A DNA stretch of 64,000 nt from Candidatus Obscuribacterales bacterium. Lineage in GTDB: Bacteria; Cyanobacteriota; Vampirovibrionia; Obscuribacterales; Obscuribacteraceae. A program made the position numbers and the translations under genes. This document shows positions 9,576-19,064 of this stretch, in pieces. The notes beneath the pieces were generated by a model, which made no database searches, was not told the origin of the DNA, and worked only from the letters and a program-made list of their open reading frames with translations. Location of the stretch: NCBI GenBank assembly GCA_965228855.1, contig CBDDIJ010000003.1, forward strand, positions 3,680,001 through 3,744,000, given 5' to 3'. Position 1 is the first letter of the stretch. Every line of letters begins with the position of its first letter.

Positions 9576-10382
9576 ATGTTGTCGACAAAATCATGGACGG
9601 TCAGTCTTGTAAAGTGTGCGATTACATTGAGCCTTCTTGCATGCGCCTCCGGTTGCACTCCTGCAGATGAAAACGCGACGAAAAAAACGCCGGCAACAAA
9701 AACGTCGGACAGCTCACAAACTCAAAGCGCACAAGACGCAGACAAACAGACAACTCTGTTGAGCAGAATTGTGATCAATCCACCAGCGTTCAACCACCCG
9801 GCAGTCAGTGAAGCGACAATAATTGCAGCGAAAAACGCTATCAACAATCTTCCTGAAACTCTCAGAAAGAAGCTCGACGAGAGTAACGCGAGGCTGATCA
9901 TTGCGCCAAACATGATCGATCGCTGGCCCGATTCGGTAAAAGACTTGCCTGAAAGCGATCCGGCACCCACGCTGGCCGAGCAGCCCGGTCGAATCTATGG
10001 TCAAGATATGTGCCTTTATGAGAGACCGAAAAAACGTGGCACCACGGATCTGGGCGATGCGCGCGCGCCGGTGTTTCTCCAGCTTCACGTCGGCGATATG
10101 TGTTTTCAGGTACTGGATGATATGGACGGTGCAATGAAGATTTCAAAGGATCCAGCGCTGAGAAAAGCGTGGGAAGAGGATAAGAAAAACATTCCCAAAG
10201 ATGCGCAACCGAAAGTCGCTAACTTTATGAAACTCGACGATTGGGGACCGCGTGAAACCTGCGCAGAACTGTTCGGCTCAATGATGGGTGGGCGAAATGA
10301 AAATACTGAACATTTGTACAAGTACTTTCCCCGAGTCAAACAGTGGTTGATTAATCAGTTGGGTATTACAAAACAGCTTTAG
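9576..10382 (+). CDS. Lipoprotein with anthrax-lethal-factor-like (ATLF/Pro-Pro endopeptidase) fold, HExxH absent
   Basis: Lipobox ASGC; ..NNLPETLRKKL..LII.., ISKDPALRKAWEED, PRETCAELF and YFPRVKQW match the ATLF pattern. DMCFQ sits where HExxH is expected. Confidence 0.6.
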   Translation: MLSTKSWTVSLVKCAITLSLLACASGCTPADENATKKTPATKTSDSSQTQSAQDADKQTTLLSRIVINPPAFNHPAVSEATIIAAKNAINNLPETLRKKLDESNARLIIAPNMIDRWPDSVKDLPESDPAPTLAEQPGRIYGQDMCLYERPKKRGTTDLGDARAPVFLQLHVGDMCFQVLDDMDGAMKISKDPALRKAWEEDKKNIPKDAQPKVANFMKLDDWGPRETCAELFGSMMGGRNENTEHLYKYFPRVKQWLINQLGITKQL

Positions 10383-12304
10383 TTGCCCATCATTTCGATT
10401 ATCGGCGAAACATCATTCATCTTGGTGTTCAACGTACTGAGGCATTGAAGCTCGCATCCTCGCGAGCTTAAGCTTTTCCGTAACTCCTCGTAGTCTGACT
10501 GTTTGAGTGTAGAAATCTCGGATACAACCAGATGTTTCAGCTTCCTCATTTTCGGCAGCTCGCTCACATACTTGCGATCGAAGACGCAATGATTCAAGTT
10601 CAAAAGCCTGAGCTTAGAGCCTATCAAAGCATCCATCGCCCTATCATTCAAATCGAGTTCCGCCACTTCCAGATCGAGTAAATTCTCAGCCCTGGTCAAC
10701 TGAATAATTGATCGATCAGAGATCGATGTGCGCCCTAAATTAAGATGGCGGATGTTCGGCCATTGTCGCAAAATAGTTTCAACGCCCTCATCCGTAATTT
10801 GAGTCATCTGATCGAGATCCAGGTACACAAGGTCTTTCAGTGGCGCGAGGGCGCGTAAGCCCTTGTCTGTAATATGAGTACTCTCCAATTTAAGCGCTGT
10901 CAATTTTTTCATTTTCGCCAGAATTGGCGCAGCCGAATCGTCCAGCTTTGTTCTCGAAACATCCAGCTCGGTGAGCGGAAGTTGCGCCAGCTTTTCCAGA
11001 CCCGCATTGGTCACCGCCGTTGAACGCATGGAAACATCAGGCACATCTTCCGAAAGAATCAGATCGATATCATCATCGGTTGCATCCGGAGTGGCTCGCC
11101 ATTGCAAATGCTTGTCCGCGCTTGGCTCGATGGTCCACTTGCCGTCATAGCTTTTGGTGGCGGCACTAGGCATGGCAATAGCACTTGTTTTCATATCAGC
11201 TGGCTTCTTCAAATTCATCCAGAACGTCAAGCCCGCGAGCACGACTCCGACAATCGCTATCGCTGCAATCACCGCAACGGTGCGTCTGCCGATGAAACTC
11301 TTGCGAGCAGACTCCCCGGATTTTCGTTCATTTCCTCCAGATTTTGGCGACGGTTCTGCTTTTCGTTTTAAAACTTGCCGCAGTACGTCGGCAACCTCCG
11401 TCATTGAAGAAGGCCGTTCCATAGGGTCTTTAGCCAGACACTTATCTATCAGTGCGTGCAGCTCCGATGGTAAAACAGGATCGACAATCAAGGGAGGCAA
11501 GTCGTTCAAATGCTGACTGTACGTCTCTAGATGAGTCTCACCTTCAAAGGGCGCCATGCCGCTAAGCATCCGAAACAGGATACACCCAAGCGAATAAATA
11601 TCAGTGCGTTGGTCGACGTTGTCGCCTCGAATTTGCTCGGGACTCATGTAAAACGGGCTACCCATGAGCTCTCCCGTACGCCCTTTACTGTCGCCCTGCC
11701 TTTTGCGTTCCAAAGCTACTCGTGGTGGCATTGCCGCAAGATTCGTGCGAGATGCTGTCGGACGCTCACCGACATCATCATTACTGCTTAGCTTCGCGAT
11801 ACCAAAATCTACAACTTTAACCCGCGCATCAGCCTCCGGGTGCTCGAGCAGAAGAATGTTGCTTGGCTTCAAATCCCGATGGATCACGCCGTTCTGATGT
11901 GCGAACGCCATGCCTCGGCAAACCTCGAGAATAATCTTAATCGTTTGTTCAATCGACAAACAGTCACGCTCCTGAAGCAACTCTTCCAGAGACTGCCCCT
12001 CGACAAAGTCCATCACAAGATAAGGTCTGCTGTTTCCGGCCAAACCGAAATCAAGCACCGTAATCAAGTTAGGATGTTGAAGCTTACTAGCTGCTCGCGC
12101 CTCGTGCTGGAATCGCAGCACCATATCCGGTGTCATTCGAGAAACCGACATGGTTTTAATCGCAACAGTTCTGAGCAGATTCGAATCTTCTGCTTTGTAG
12201 ACCACGGCGGTGCCGCCCTCGCCGATTCGAACGAAATTTTTGTATCGCTCGCTCAGATGCATGAAAACATCCGAATCGAATTTATTGTCGGCAGTGGGTA
12301 TCAA
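10379..12304 (-). CDS. Hanks-type Ser/Thr kinase - TM - leucine-rich repeats
   Basis: GEGGTAVV, VAIK, HRDLKPSN, DFG, YMSPEQ; TM VAVIAAIAIVGVVLAGLTFW; C-terminal LRRs (LxxLxLxxTxIxD). Confidence 0.95.
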   Translation of the reverse strand: MIPTADNKFDSDVFMHLSERYKNFVRIGEGGTAVVYKAEDSNLLRTVAIKTMSVSRMTPDMVLRFQHEARAASKLQHPNLITVLDFGLAGNSRPYLVMDFVEGQSLEELLQERDCLSIEQTIKIILEVCRGMAFAHQNGVIHRDLKPSNILLLEHPEADARVKVVDFGIAKLSSNDDVGERPTASRTNLAAMPPRVALERKRQGDSKGRTGELMGSPFYMSPEQIRGDNVDQRTDIYSLGCILFRMLSGMAPFEGETHLETYSQHLNDLPPLIVDPVLPSELHALIDKCLAKDPMERPSSMTEVADVLRQVLKRKAEPSPKSGGNERKSGESARKSFIGRRTVAVIAAIAIVGVVLAGLTFWMNLKKPADMKTSAIAMPSAATKSYDGKWTIEPSADKHLQWRATPDATDDDIDLILSEDVPDVSMRSTAVTNAGLEKLAQLPLTELDVSRTKLDDSAAPILAKMKKLTALKLESTHITDKGLRALAPLKDLVYLDLDQMTQITDEGVETILRQWPNIRHLNLGRTSISDRSIIQLTRAENLLDLEVAELDLNDRAMDALIGSKLRLLNLNHCVFDRKYVSELPKMRKLKHLVVSEISTLKQSDYEELRKSLSSRGCELQCLSTLNTKMNDVSPIIEMMGN

Positions 12305-12433
12305 GTCCGTTAAGATTCCGGTTGAAAGTGAAACAGCAGTGAACGTAGAGCGCTGCTCGGTGAACGCAAGCGAACATCAAGGCGCGAAATGAGTAACTAC
12401 TATATACCGCTTCGGCGAAAAACTCGCACATCT

Positions 12434-13330
12434 TTATTTTTGAGATTTGGCTGCTGTTTCGGCGGTGGTCTTAACAGTCGGCCGCTGTTTTAGATTGACG
12501 CGACATTCACGGTTTTTAAGCGTGCGAGCGCGAAGTGCGACGGCATTAGACAAATTCTTGTCGCCCGTTTTATGGAGGAAATTAGAGTAGAGCCCCAGAA
12601 CATCGTAATCTTCGAACACAGGTTGGGACTGAGCGTTTTTATCGCGGGCGGCGGTCATCAGCTTTTTGGCCTCGTCATAAAACACACGAGCTCTCGAAGC
12701 TTCCGCGGCACGCCGGTCTACATCGGCGACTACATGCATCACTCCCCAGACTCCGCCGAATAATACAAGACCGAACAGTCCAAGAAACAAGAGGCTGAAC
12801 AGCGCGGCGCCAGCCTGCCTGACGCCGTCATCCTGGTTTTCATACTTCTTCTTTCCGACCCATTGAATAGTCTGCTCCACAACTTTGGGTCGCTGCGGAC
12901 CGTATCTCATCAAAAACAACACTAACCCGGCCGCCAGCAGCATAATAACAATCAGGAAAACAATGTCGTTGCCGGTGATACTGCCAGCTTGGTTACGTTG
13001 CTCTTCCTGCCAGGCTTTCGCGGCGAGGACGGTTGCAAGAGCAGTCTGGGCGCGTCTCTTTCGAAAAGCCAGGTCCGGCTTCAGCTCTGGCTCAGCCATA
13101 CGAGGGTCGCTGGAATCTGCAAACTGCGCCATTTCGCGTCTAGCGCTAGTCTCGGCGGCAGCCAGGTCGCCTTTCGCCATGGCCTCCATGACAGGGTCAT
13201 GAATCTCGCCGCGAGCCAGTTCCTGAGCGGAGAGGGGCTCATATTGCCAGACGCAAATCAGGAGTGCGATAAGCAATCCGATCACAAGTCGGAGAATATG
13301 ATTGGCAGGCGTTTTATGTTTTTCGCACAT
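12434..13330 (-). CDS. Hypothetical membrane protein with TPR-like helices
   Basis: N-terminal signal/TM and two internal TMs, flanked by Ala-rich TPR-like helices. Confidence 0.65.
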   Translation of the reverse strand: MCEKHKTPANHILRLVIGLLIALLICVWQYEPLSAQELARGEIHDPVMEAMAKGDLAAAETSARREMAQFADSSDPRMAEPELKPDLAFRKRRAQTALATVLAAKAWQEEQRNQAGSITGNDIVFLIVIMLLAAGLVLFLMRYGPQRPKVVEQTIQWVGKKKYENQDDGVRQAGAALFSLLFLGLFGLVLFGGVWGVMHVVADVDRRAAEASRARVFYDEAKKLMTAARDKNAQSQPVFEDYDVLGLYSNFLHKTGDKNLSNAVALRARTLKNRECRVNLKQRPTVKTTAETAAKSQK

Positions 13331-13413
13331 ATTGCCAATCGTACAACAAAAGAAAAATGTTTCGACCTCAAAAGTTCGCGCATGATCAGATAAATACTGG
13401 GCATAAACATTTT

Positions 13414-13995
13414 ATGGAACTGCTGTTGATTGCGATCATTATCTCGGCAATGCTGGTCTTCTATCCGATCCGGGTTAGGCCACGGGCAGACCTGATCTCG
13501 CCGACTCCTGTGTCAGCGCGGTTCAACAAGCGGTTCGACACTCCCTTTTTTCAAGACCCGGCGTCAATTCCTCGATTCTATGACCACACCATACGCAAAA
13601 GTGACGGCGGATGCTCGATTTGCGACGCCGCCCCCTGCTCGCTATGCGGTTCTACGGATTGCGGAAATGAGTTATACATTTGCTCTCTCTGCAGCGGACA
13701 GGAGGAAGACCAGTGCCCGTACTGCAGCCCATTGACTCCAAACAGCAGCGACTTTTCGCGATTTAGGCTCGGTGAAGGCACCGACTCTATGTTTGGAAAC
13801 AATGATGCTTTCCTGTCAGACGACTTTGACACCGGTCTCTACAACCACGAAGACCAACTCATGGCGAGCAGCACTTTCTCAGACCTCAAGGTCGGGAAGG
13901 GAGAGCCCGTCACAGAAGTATTCTTCTATGAGGGTAAGCGCTTTGTCGCGGCGACCTATAGCGACACAATTGTGATCCGACCGGCGGATCTGTAA
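13414..13995 (+). CDS. Membrane-anchored hypothetical protein with Cys-rich (CxxC x4) segment
   Basis: N-terminal TM; CSIC, CSLC, C, CSLC, CPYC. Confidence 0.65.
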   Translation: MELLLIAIIISAMLVFYPIRVRPRADLISPTPVSARFNKRFDTPFFQDPASIPRFYDHTIRKSDGGCSICDAAPCSLCGSTDCGNELYICSLCSGQEEDQCPYCSPLTPNSSDFSRFRLGEGTDSMFGNNDAFLSDDFDTGLYNHEDQLMASSTFSDLKVGKGEPVTEVFFYEGKRFVAATYSDTIVIRPADL

Positions 13996-14058
13996 CAGTA
14001 GTTTCAAACATGGCAAAATATATGGGATCGAGATAGGTTTCGATTTCAAAGGTATTCT

Positions 14059-15132
14059 ATGAAGAACGCGATTGATTTGAGAAGCGACACAGTTACGCTG
14101 CCGCCAGCCGAGATGCGCAAAGCAATGCATGAAGCTGAGCTGGGTGATGACGTATATGGAGAAGATCCGACGGTAAACCGTTTGCAGGAGCTCGCAGCGG
14201 AGCGCCTCGGGAAAGAAGCTGCTCTATTCGTACCTACCGGCACCATGGGCAATTTGATCTCGGTGATCACTCACGTCGGGCGTGGCGAAGAAGCTCTGCT
14301 TGGCTGGGAGTCGCATATCTTCGTGCACGAGCGCGGTGGCGCAGCCACTCTCGGCAGTGTTTTCCTCAAGCCGATTCCGAATCAGCCGGATGGGACGTTG
14401 AAGCTGGAAGACATAGAGCTTGCGCTCTCGCCGGTCGACGACCACATGGCAAAGACCAGACTTGTTTGCCTTGAGAATGCTTTCAACGGTAGCGTGTTAA
14501 GCCCTGAATACACAGAACAATTTGTAGCGCTTGCGAAGAAACACAATCTCTCGACCCACCTGGATGGCGCGAGAATTTTCAACTCCGCCATCGCCAACAA
14601 TTGCGCCGTTCAAAAATTGACTGAAGGTATGGATTCAGTGCAGTTCTGCTTCTCCAAAGGATTGTCTGCGCCGGCCGGCTCAATGATCGTTGCCGGCAAG
14701 GAGTTTATCAATCAAGCTCGTCTCTGGAGAAAGGCTCTGGGTGGCGGCATGCGACAAGTCGGTGTCCTTGCGGCAGCTTGCAATTACGCGCTCGACAACA
14801 TGGTCGACCGTCTTGCCGAGGATCATGAAACCGCTAAAGTACTGGCAGAGAAACTGTCGCAATGCGAAGGTCTATCGATTAACTGGGATCTGCAAAAGTC
14901 GAATATGGTTTGGTTCAACGTTGAGCTAGAAGGAGTGTCGGCTCTAGAGTTCACTCAAGCCCTGGACAAAGAAGGATTGAAAGTGCTCGATTGCGGTCCA
15001 AAAGTAATTCGAGCGGTAACGCATTACGGTATAACAAAGGATGATGTGGACCAGGCGGCTCAAATAGTAAGCACCGTTCTGAAGACGCTAAAACCAGCCA
15101 CGAGCGCCAAAAGCCTTCAGACCACAAAATAG
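14059..15132 (+). CDS. ltaE: Low-specificity L-threonine aldolase
   Basis: DLRSDTVT, GDDVYGEDPT, PTGTMGN, HLDGARIFN, FCFSKGL (PLP Lys), GGGMRQ. Confidence 0.95.
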   Translation: MKNAIDLRSDTVTLPPAEMRKAMHEAELGDDVYGEDPTVNRLQELAAERLGKEAALFVPTGTMGNLISVITHVGRGEEALLGWESHIFVHERGGAATLGSVFLKPIPNQPDGTLKLEDIELALSPVDDHMAKTRLVCLENAFNGSVLSPEYTEQFVALAKKHNLSTHLDGARIFNSAIANNCAVQKLTEGMDSVQFCFSKGLSAPAGSMIVAGKEFINQARLWRKALGGGMRQVGVLAAACNYALDNMVDRLAEDHETAKVLAEKLSQCEGLSINWDLQKSNMVWFNVELEGVSALEFTQALDKEGLKVLDCGPKVIRAVTHYGITKDDVDQAAQIVSTVLKTLKPATSAKSLQTTK

Positions 15133-15153
15133 TGATTTAACAACACGGAGAAA

Positions 15154-15891
15154 GTGTTGAAAACTGGAAACATGAGTAAGAAAAATGAAAAGCCGGAGCG
15201 TCCTCTGGTCAAAACAATCAATCCTAAAGCGCTGGCAAAACACCGAAAGCGCTTTCTGAAATTCTTTCCAAAGGGCTTCAAAGACCAGAGATACATGGAG
15301 TGGGAGCGCGATTACAAATGGGGCGCTCACGAGCTTTGGAACGAAAATTTAAACGAAAAGGATTTTAAAATCCTTCTTCGCAAACGCGAATACACTGACA
15401 TCGCAAAGAAAGCTTTGCAAGTAGAATCGCGAACGACTTTCCTCTTCTCATTTGAAAAGATGGCTCTCCGCGATGCTGTCAGTACCGCCGATGGTGCCAG
15501 CATTTTCGCAGAGGGAATCTATGAATTACTCTGGGGCAAAGGACCGGCGAAGGAGCGTTTTATCCAATGGATCATGGCGGTGGCAGAGCTCCCGCGCAAG
15601 AAGTCCCGGGTTCTATCATGGCCGGTTCTTACGCTCTTTCCCTACCTCGCACAACCTTCGAAATATATGATAATGAAACCGAATGCAATGCGATTTGCCG
15701 CGAAAGAACTTGGATACGAGTTAGAATATTCGTCGAAGCCAAATTGGAATTGTTATGCCGATTTAGTGCGTCTGGCCGATTTAGTCGGCGAGGGAATCGC
15801 TGATCTTAAGCCACGCGATTACCACGATCTGCAAACCTTCCTCTGGGTAATCGGCTCGCCGGAATACGATCGAATCGAAGAAGAGCTCTAG
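15154..15891 (+). CDS. Conserved hypothetical protein
   Basis: 245-aa ORF with aromatic-rich, conserved-looking motifs (FFPKGF, WERDYK, SWPVLT, KPRDYHDLQTFLWV); GGAG upstream. Confidence 0.75.
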   Translation: MLKTGNMSKKNEKPERPLVKTINPKALAKHRKRFLKFFPKGFKDQRYMEWERDYKWGAHELWNENLNEKDFKILLRKREYTDIAKKALQVESRTTFLFSFEKMALRDAVSTADGASIFAEGIYELLWGKGPAKERFIQWIMAVAELPRKKSRVLSWPVLTLFPYLAQPSKYMIMKPNAMRFAAKELGYELEYSSKPNWNCYADLVRLADLVGEGIADLKPRDYHDLQTFLWVIGSPEYDRIEEEL

Positions 15892-15929
15892 TTTAAAGAT
15901 TGACGGAATTGAAACTGTGGCCAAAACAG

Positions 15930-16571
15930 CTACATATTATCCTTGACCCAAACGGCAAGCTGAGTTCGGTCGCGAAGATTCAATTGACCGAGGATTTTAG
16001 TAACGTAGTTCTTTACCGTTCCCTGGGTAATGTACAGCGTTTCGGCAATTTCCTTATTGCTCAGTCCCTTCGCTATCAACTCGATAACTTCAACTTCGCG
16101 CTCGCTAAAAGATTTTAGCAGGTCCGCTTTCTTGCTCTTTTCAGTGCCGTGCATTAGTGATACCACTTTCGGTGTCACGGCAGGACTGAGTTGAGTATAG
16201 CCTTCTTTGACCGCTCGGATGGCGGTCGCCAATTTCTCCGAAGGGCTATCCTTGAGAAGGTAACCGCAGGCACCGGCTTTCAGAGCTCCAACGATCAGGT
16301 CATCCTCGTCGTAGGTTGTAAGTACGAGAACTTTTACGGAGGGATAGCGCTTGCAAATTTCCTGAGTGGCTTCGACTCCTGTCTTCTTCGGCATGCGCAT
16401 GTCCATGAGCACCACATCCGGTTGAAGAAATCCGACCTGCGATATGGCTTCCTCTCCATCGCCGGCCTGCCCGACGATCTCGAGATCCTCTTCGAGGGCA
16501 AGCAAAGTCGCGAGTCCCTGGCGGACAAGCGTCTGGTCATCAACGATTAAAACTTTGATTTTCACGCGCAC
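15930..16571 (-). CDS. NarL/FixJ-family response regulator
   Basis: REC domain (IVDD, LMDMRMP, YLLK) plus LuxR HTH (SEREVEVI..GLSNKEIA). Confidence 0.95.
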   Translation of the reverse strand: MRVKIKVLIVDDQTLVRQGLATLLALEEDLEIVGQAGDGEEAISQVGFLQPDVVLMDMRMPKKTGVEATQEICKRYPSVKVLVLTTYDEDDLIVGALKAGACGYLLKDSPSEKLATAIRAVKEGYTQLSPAVTPKVVSLMHGTEKSKKADLLKSFSEREVEVIELIAKGLSNKEIAETLYITQGTVKNYVTKILGQLNLRDRTQLAVWVKDNM

Positions 16572-16573
16572 AA

Positions 16574-17827
16574 TTATACCGTGCCGGACTGAACGGGGTT
16601 GTTTATCGGGATTAGAACGCTGACAGTCGTGCCCGCCCCCTCGCCTGACGTTATATCGACATCGCCATGCAAGTCAGCTACACGTTCCTTGATTCCTGTC
16701 AAACCGAAACTGGCAAACTTTCCCTCGGCGTTAAACCCCTTACCATTATCCTTGACGACAATCTTCAAAGTGTTTCCATCGTTCGGTGCAATCAGTACTT
16801 CCAATCTATCCGCGCCGCTGTGCCTTATGCAGTTAGTGCATGACTCCTGAATGATGCGAAAAACCTGGTAGGAAGTAACAGGTGACAAGCTCGGCATATC
16901 TATATTTTTCGCTACTGCAATCGAGCCACCGCTTGCGATACCATCGAGCAGCGTCGCCATTGCTTCCTGAAAGTCGAATTCGTCGACACGCATCAGAGCA
17001 ATCGAATTGCGAACATCACGCAGACAGCGCTTCGCCATGCGCTCGGCCTCGCCGAGGGCCTCCTCCGATTTCTCTCGGTCGCGAGTTAAGAGTTTCCTCG
17101 CTACTTCGAGTTGAACGGAAAGCGAAGTAAGAGAATGTCCAACTCCGTCATGTATATCACGCGCGATACGAGAGCGCTCCAAATCGGCTGCCATGCTGGA
17201 GACTTCGCGGTTGAGCCGCTCCATAGCAAGCATCTGTTTCTTGCTAGACACGAGCGACTGCACCAATAGCGCCACCATCGCCATGACCACACCCTGCCAG
17301 AGGGTACCATAGAAAAATGTAGGCAATAGAAAAACAACAGCGGATCCAAGTTCAAGCGGCTCGCCATTCCAAGCCCAGAGCCAGTAACGAATGAATGAAG
17401 ACACGAATAACGCAAGATATACCCCGGCAAACAGCCACCAGGCTCGACGCTCGTCAATAAATAGAGCAACACGCGCAACGAGAACGGCAAAGAGCGGATT
17501 CAGCGTCACTGATTGTCCGAGCACGTAGGCGATACACGCAAATAATGTTGCAAGTGACAGTACGAAGATGCGCACTTTCAAAGGTTTCTCGCTTAGATCA
17601 ATGCGACAGATGAGATAGTAAATCACTAGACAAACTGCTGTCTCCGTCCATCGATTTATCCACATATTTTCTGGTGGTATCAATCGAAGCATCAGCAGGT
17701 GAGAGACAGCACTTACTATAAGAATGGCTTCCTCTACAAATTTGATTTGACGATACAGTCCATGATGAAAGAAGTGGTCTGAACTGCTTCCGTCTTCAGG
17801 TTTCGCCGCTATCAAATCATTGCTCAT
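16574..17827 (-). CDS. HisKA_3 (NarX/DesK-like) membrane sensor histidine kinase
   Basis: Multiple TMs; ERSRIARDIHDGVGH, RIIQE..TN..RH, DNGKGF, FGLTGIKER. Start moved to ATG 17827 to avoid overlap with the upstream gene. Confidence 0.92.
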   Translation of the reverse strand: MSNDLIAAKPEDGSSSDHFFHHGLYRQIKFVEEAILIVSAVSHLLMLRLIPPENMWINRWTETAVCLVIYYLICRIDLSEKPLKVRIFVLSLATLFACIAYVLGQSVTLNPLFAVLVARVALFIDERRAWWLFAGVYLALFVSSFIRYWLWAWNGEPLELGSAVVFLLPTFFYGTLWQGVVMAMVALLVQSLVSSKKQMLAMERLNREVSSMAADLERSRIARDIHDGVGHSLTSLSVQLEVARKLLTRDREKSEEALGEAERMAKRCLRDVRNSIALMRVDEFDFQEAMATLLDGIASGGSIAVAKNIDMPSLSPVTSYQVFRIIQESCTNCIRHSGADRLEVLIAPNDGNTLKIVVKDNGKGFNAEGKFASFGLTGIKERVADLHGDVDITSGEGAGTTVSVLIPINNPVQSGTV

Positions 17828-17849
17828 AGTGCGATTCGAAATTCCCTTT

Positions 17850-19061
17850 TTACGTGTGGAAGATGCCAATCTTTTGCGGTTTAAAATTAGGAAACACACC
17901 GGCAATGTCATTATTTCCGAGCAAGTCGCGCACCACTTCAGAAAGAACGGAGCGGTAATCAAGCTCTACGGCTAAGCCGCTTGGTCCCAGGAAAATATTG
18001 GTCTGTTCCTTGAGTTCAGGCAGAGAACCAAAAACTCGCCCACCACTCACTCGACCGCCCAGTGCGAATAAGGCAAATCCGCGACCGTGGTCGGTTCCCA
18101 TAGAACTGTTTTCATAAATTCTCCGACCGAACTCGGTGAGAACAATGATTGAGACCCGTTCCTTATACTTTTGAATATCTTTGTACAAAGCGCTCAAACC
18201 GTTCGACAAATCCTCGATATTCGACGCTTGCTGACCGTCTGCCGCGCCTTGAAAAAAATGCGTGTCCCAGCCGTCATGGTCGACACAAGCGACCTCAAGT
18301 CCTACTTCGGCTTTAATCAGTTTTGAAACCTCACGCAAAGCGTTACCAAAAGTAGTTTCCGGATAGGTCACATTTCCGGCGTTTCTCGGGCTGACCCTCT
18401 TCACCTTTTCGATTTTAGAAAGCAGATCGATCGTGACCTTTCCGGCATGACCGAGAACGTCAATATCGGTCGAATAAAGCTTCGACAGAGCCTCAGCCAC
18501 CGAATCGGATTTACCGCGAGGCAAAGTAAGCTTGACCTCTTCGACCGATGTGAGTGCGCTCGCGGAAGGAGCACCTCTTAGCACCTCAGGCAAAGACTTA
18601 CCAATCGCCACCGCTGACAGTGGCGTCATTCCGCCTTGTCTCGTGCGAAGATGGCGACCGAGCCAGCCACCACCAAGTTTTTTACCGAATGCTTCACCGT
18701 GCTCGACCTGGTCCTGTGCTTCGAAATGAGAACCGGAAGTGTTGTCCGACCCAACACCTTGTACAATTGCCAGTTCACCATCGTGAAAGAACGGAACCAA
18801 TGCCTTCATTACCGGATGAAATGCGTAAAAATCGTTCAACTTCAGAGATGCCTTTCGCCCCTCGCTTCCTGGTTTGGCTATAGCAAGCGTGGGACGAACT
18901 TCATAGTATGCATCGTTGGCATACGGTATCACCATATTTAACGTATCAGCGCCGCCGCGCAGAAATATGCAGACGAGAGTGTGCGGCGTGCTGCCGCCAC
19001 GGGCGGTGTCAGTGGCAAATGCCAGACGTTTCAAAAATGCTCGTCTTGAAAGTGAGGTCAA
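17850..19061 (-). CDS. DUF1501 protein (copy 1)
   Basis: SRRAFLK; IFLRGGADTLN, SHFEAQD, GWDTH, TEFGR, GTDHG. Confidence 0.9.
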   Translation of the reverse strand: MTSLSRRAFLKRLAFATDTARGGSTPHTLVCIFLRGGADTLNMVIPYANDAYYEVRPTLAIAKPGSEGRKASLKLNDFYAFHPVMKALVPFFHDGELAIVQGVGSDNTSGSHFEAQDQVEHGEAFGKKLGGGWLGRHLRTRQGGMTPLSAVAIGKSLPEVLRGAPSASALTSVEEVKLTLPRGKSDSVAEALSKLYSTDIDVLGHAGKVTIDLLSKIEKVKRVSPRNAGNVTYPETTFGNALREVSKLIKAEVGLEVACVDHDGWDTHFFQGAADGQQASNIEDLSNGLSALYKDIQKYKERVSIIVLTEFGRRIYENSSMGTDHGRGFALFALGGRVSGGRVFGSLPELKEQTNIFLGPSGLAVELDYRSVLSEVVRDLLGNNDIAGVFPNFKPQKIGIFHT

Positions 19062-19064
19062 CAG

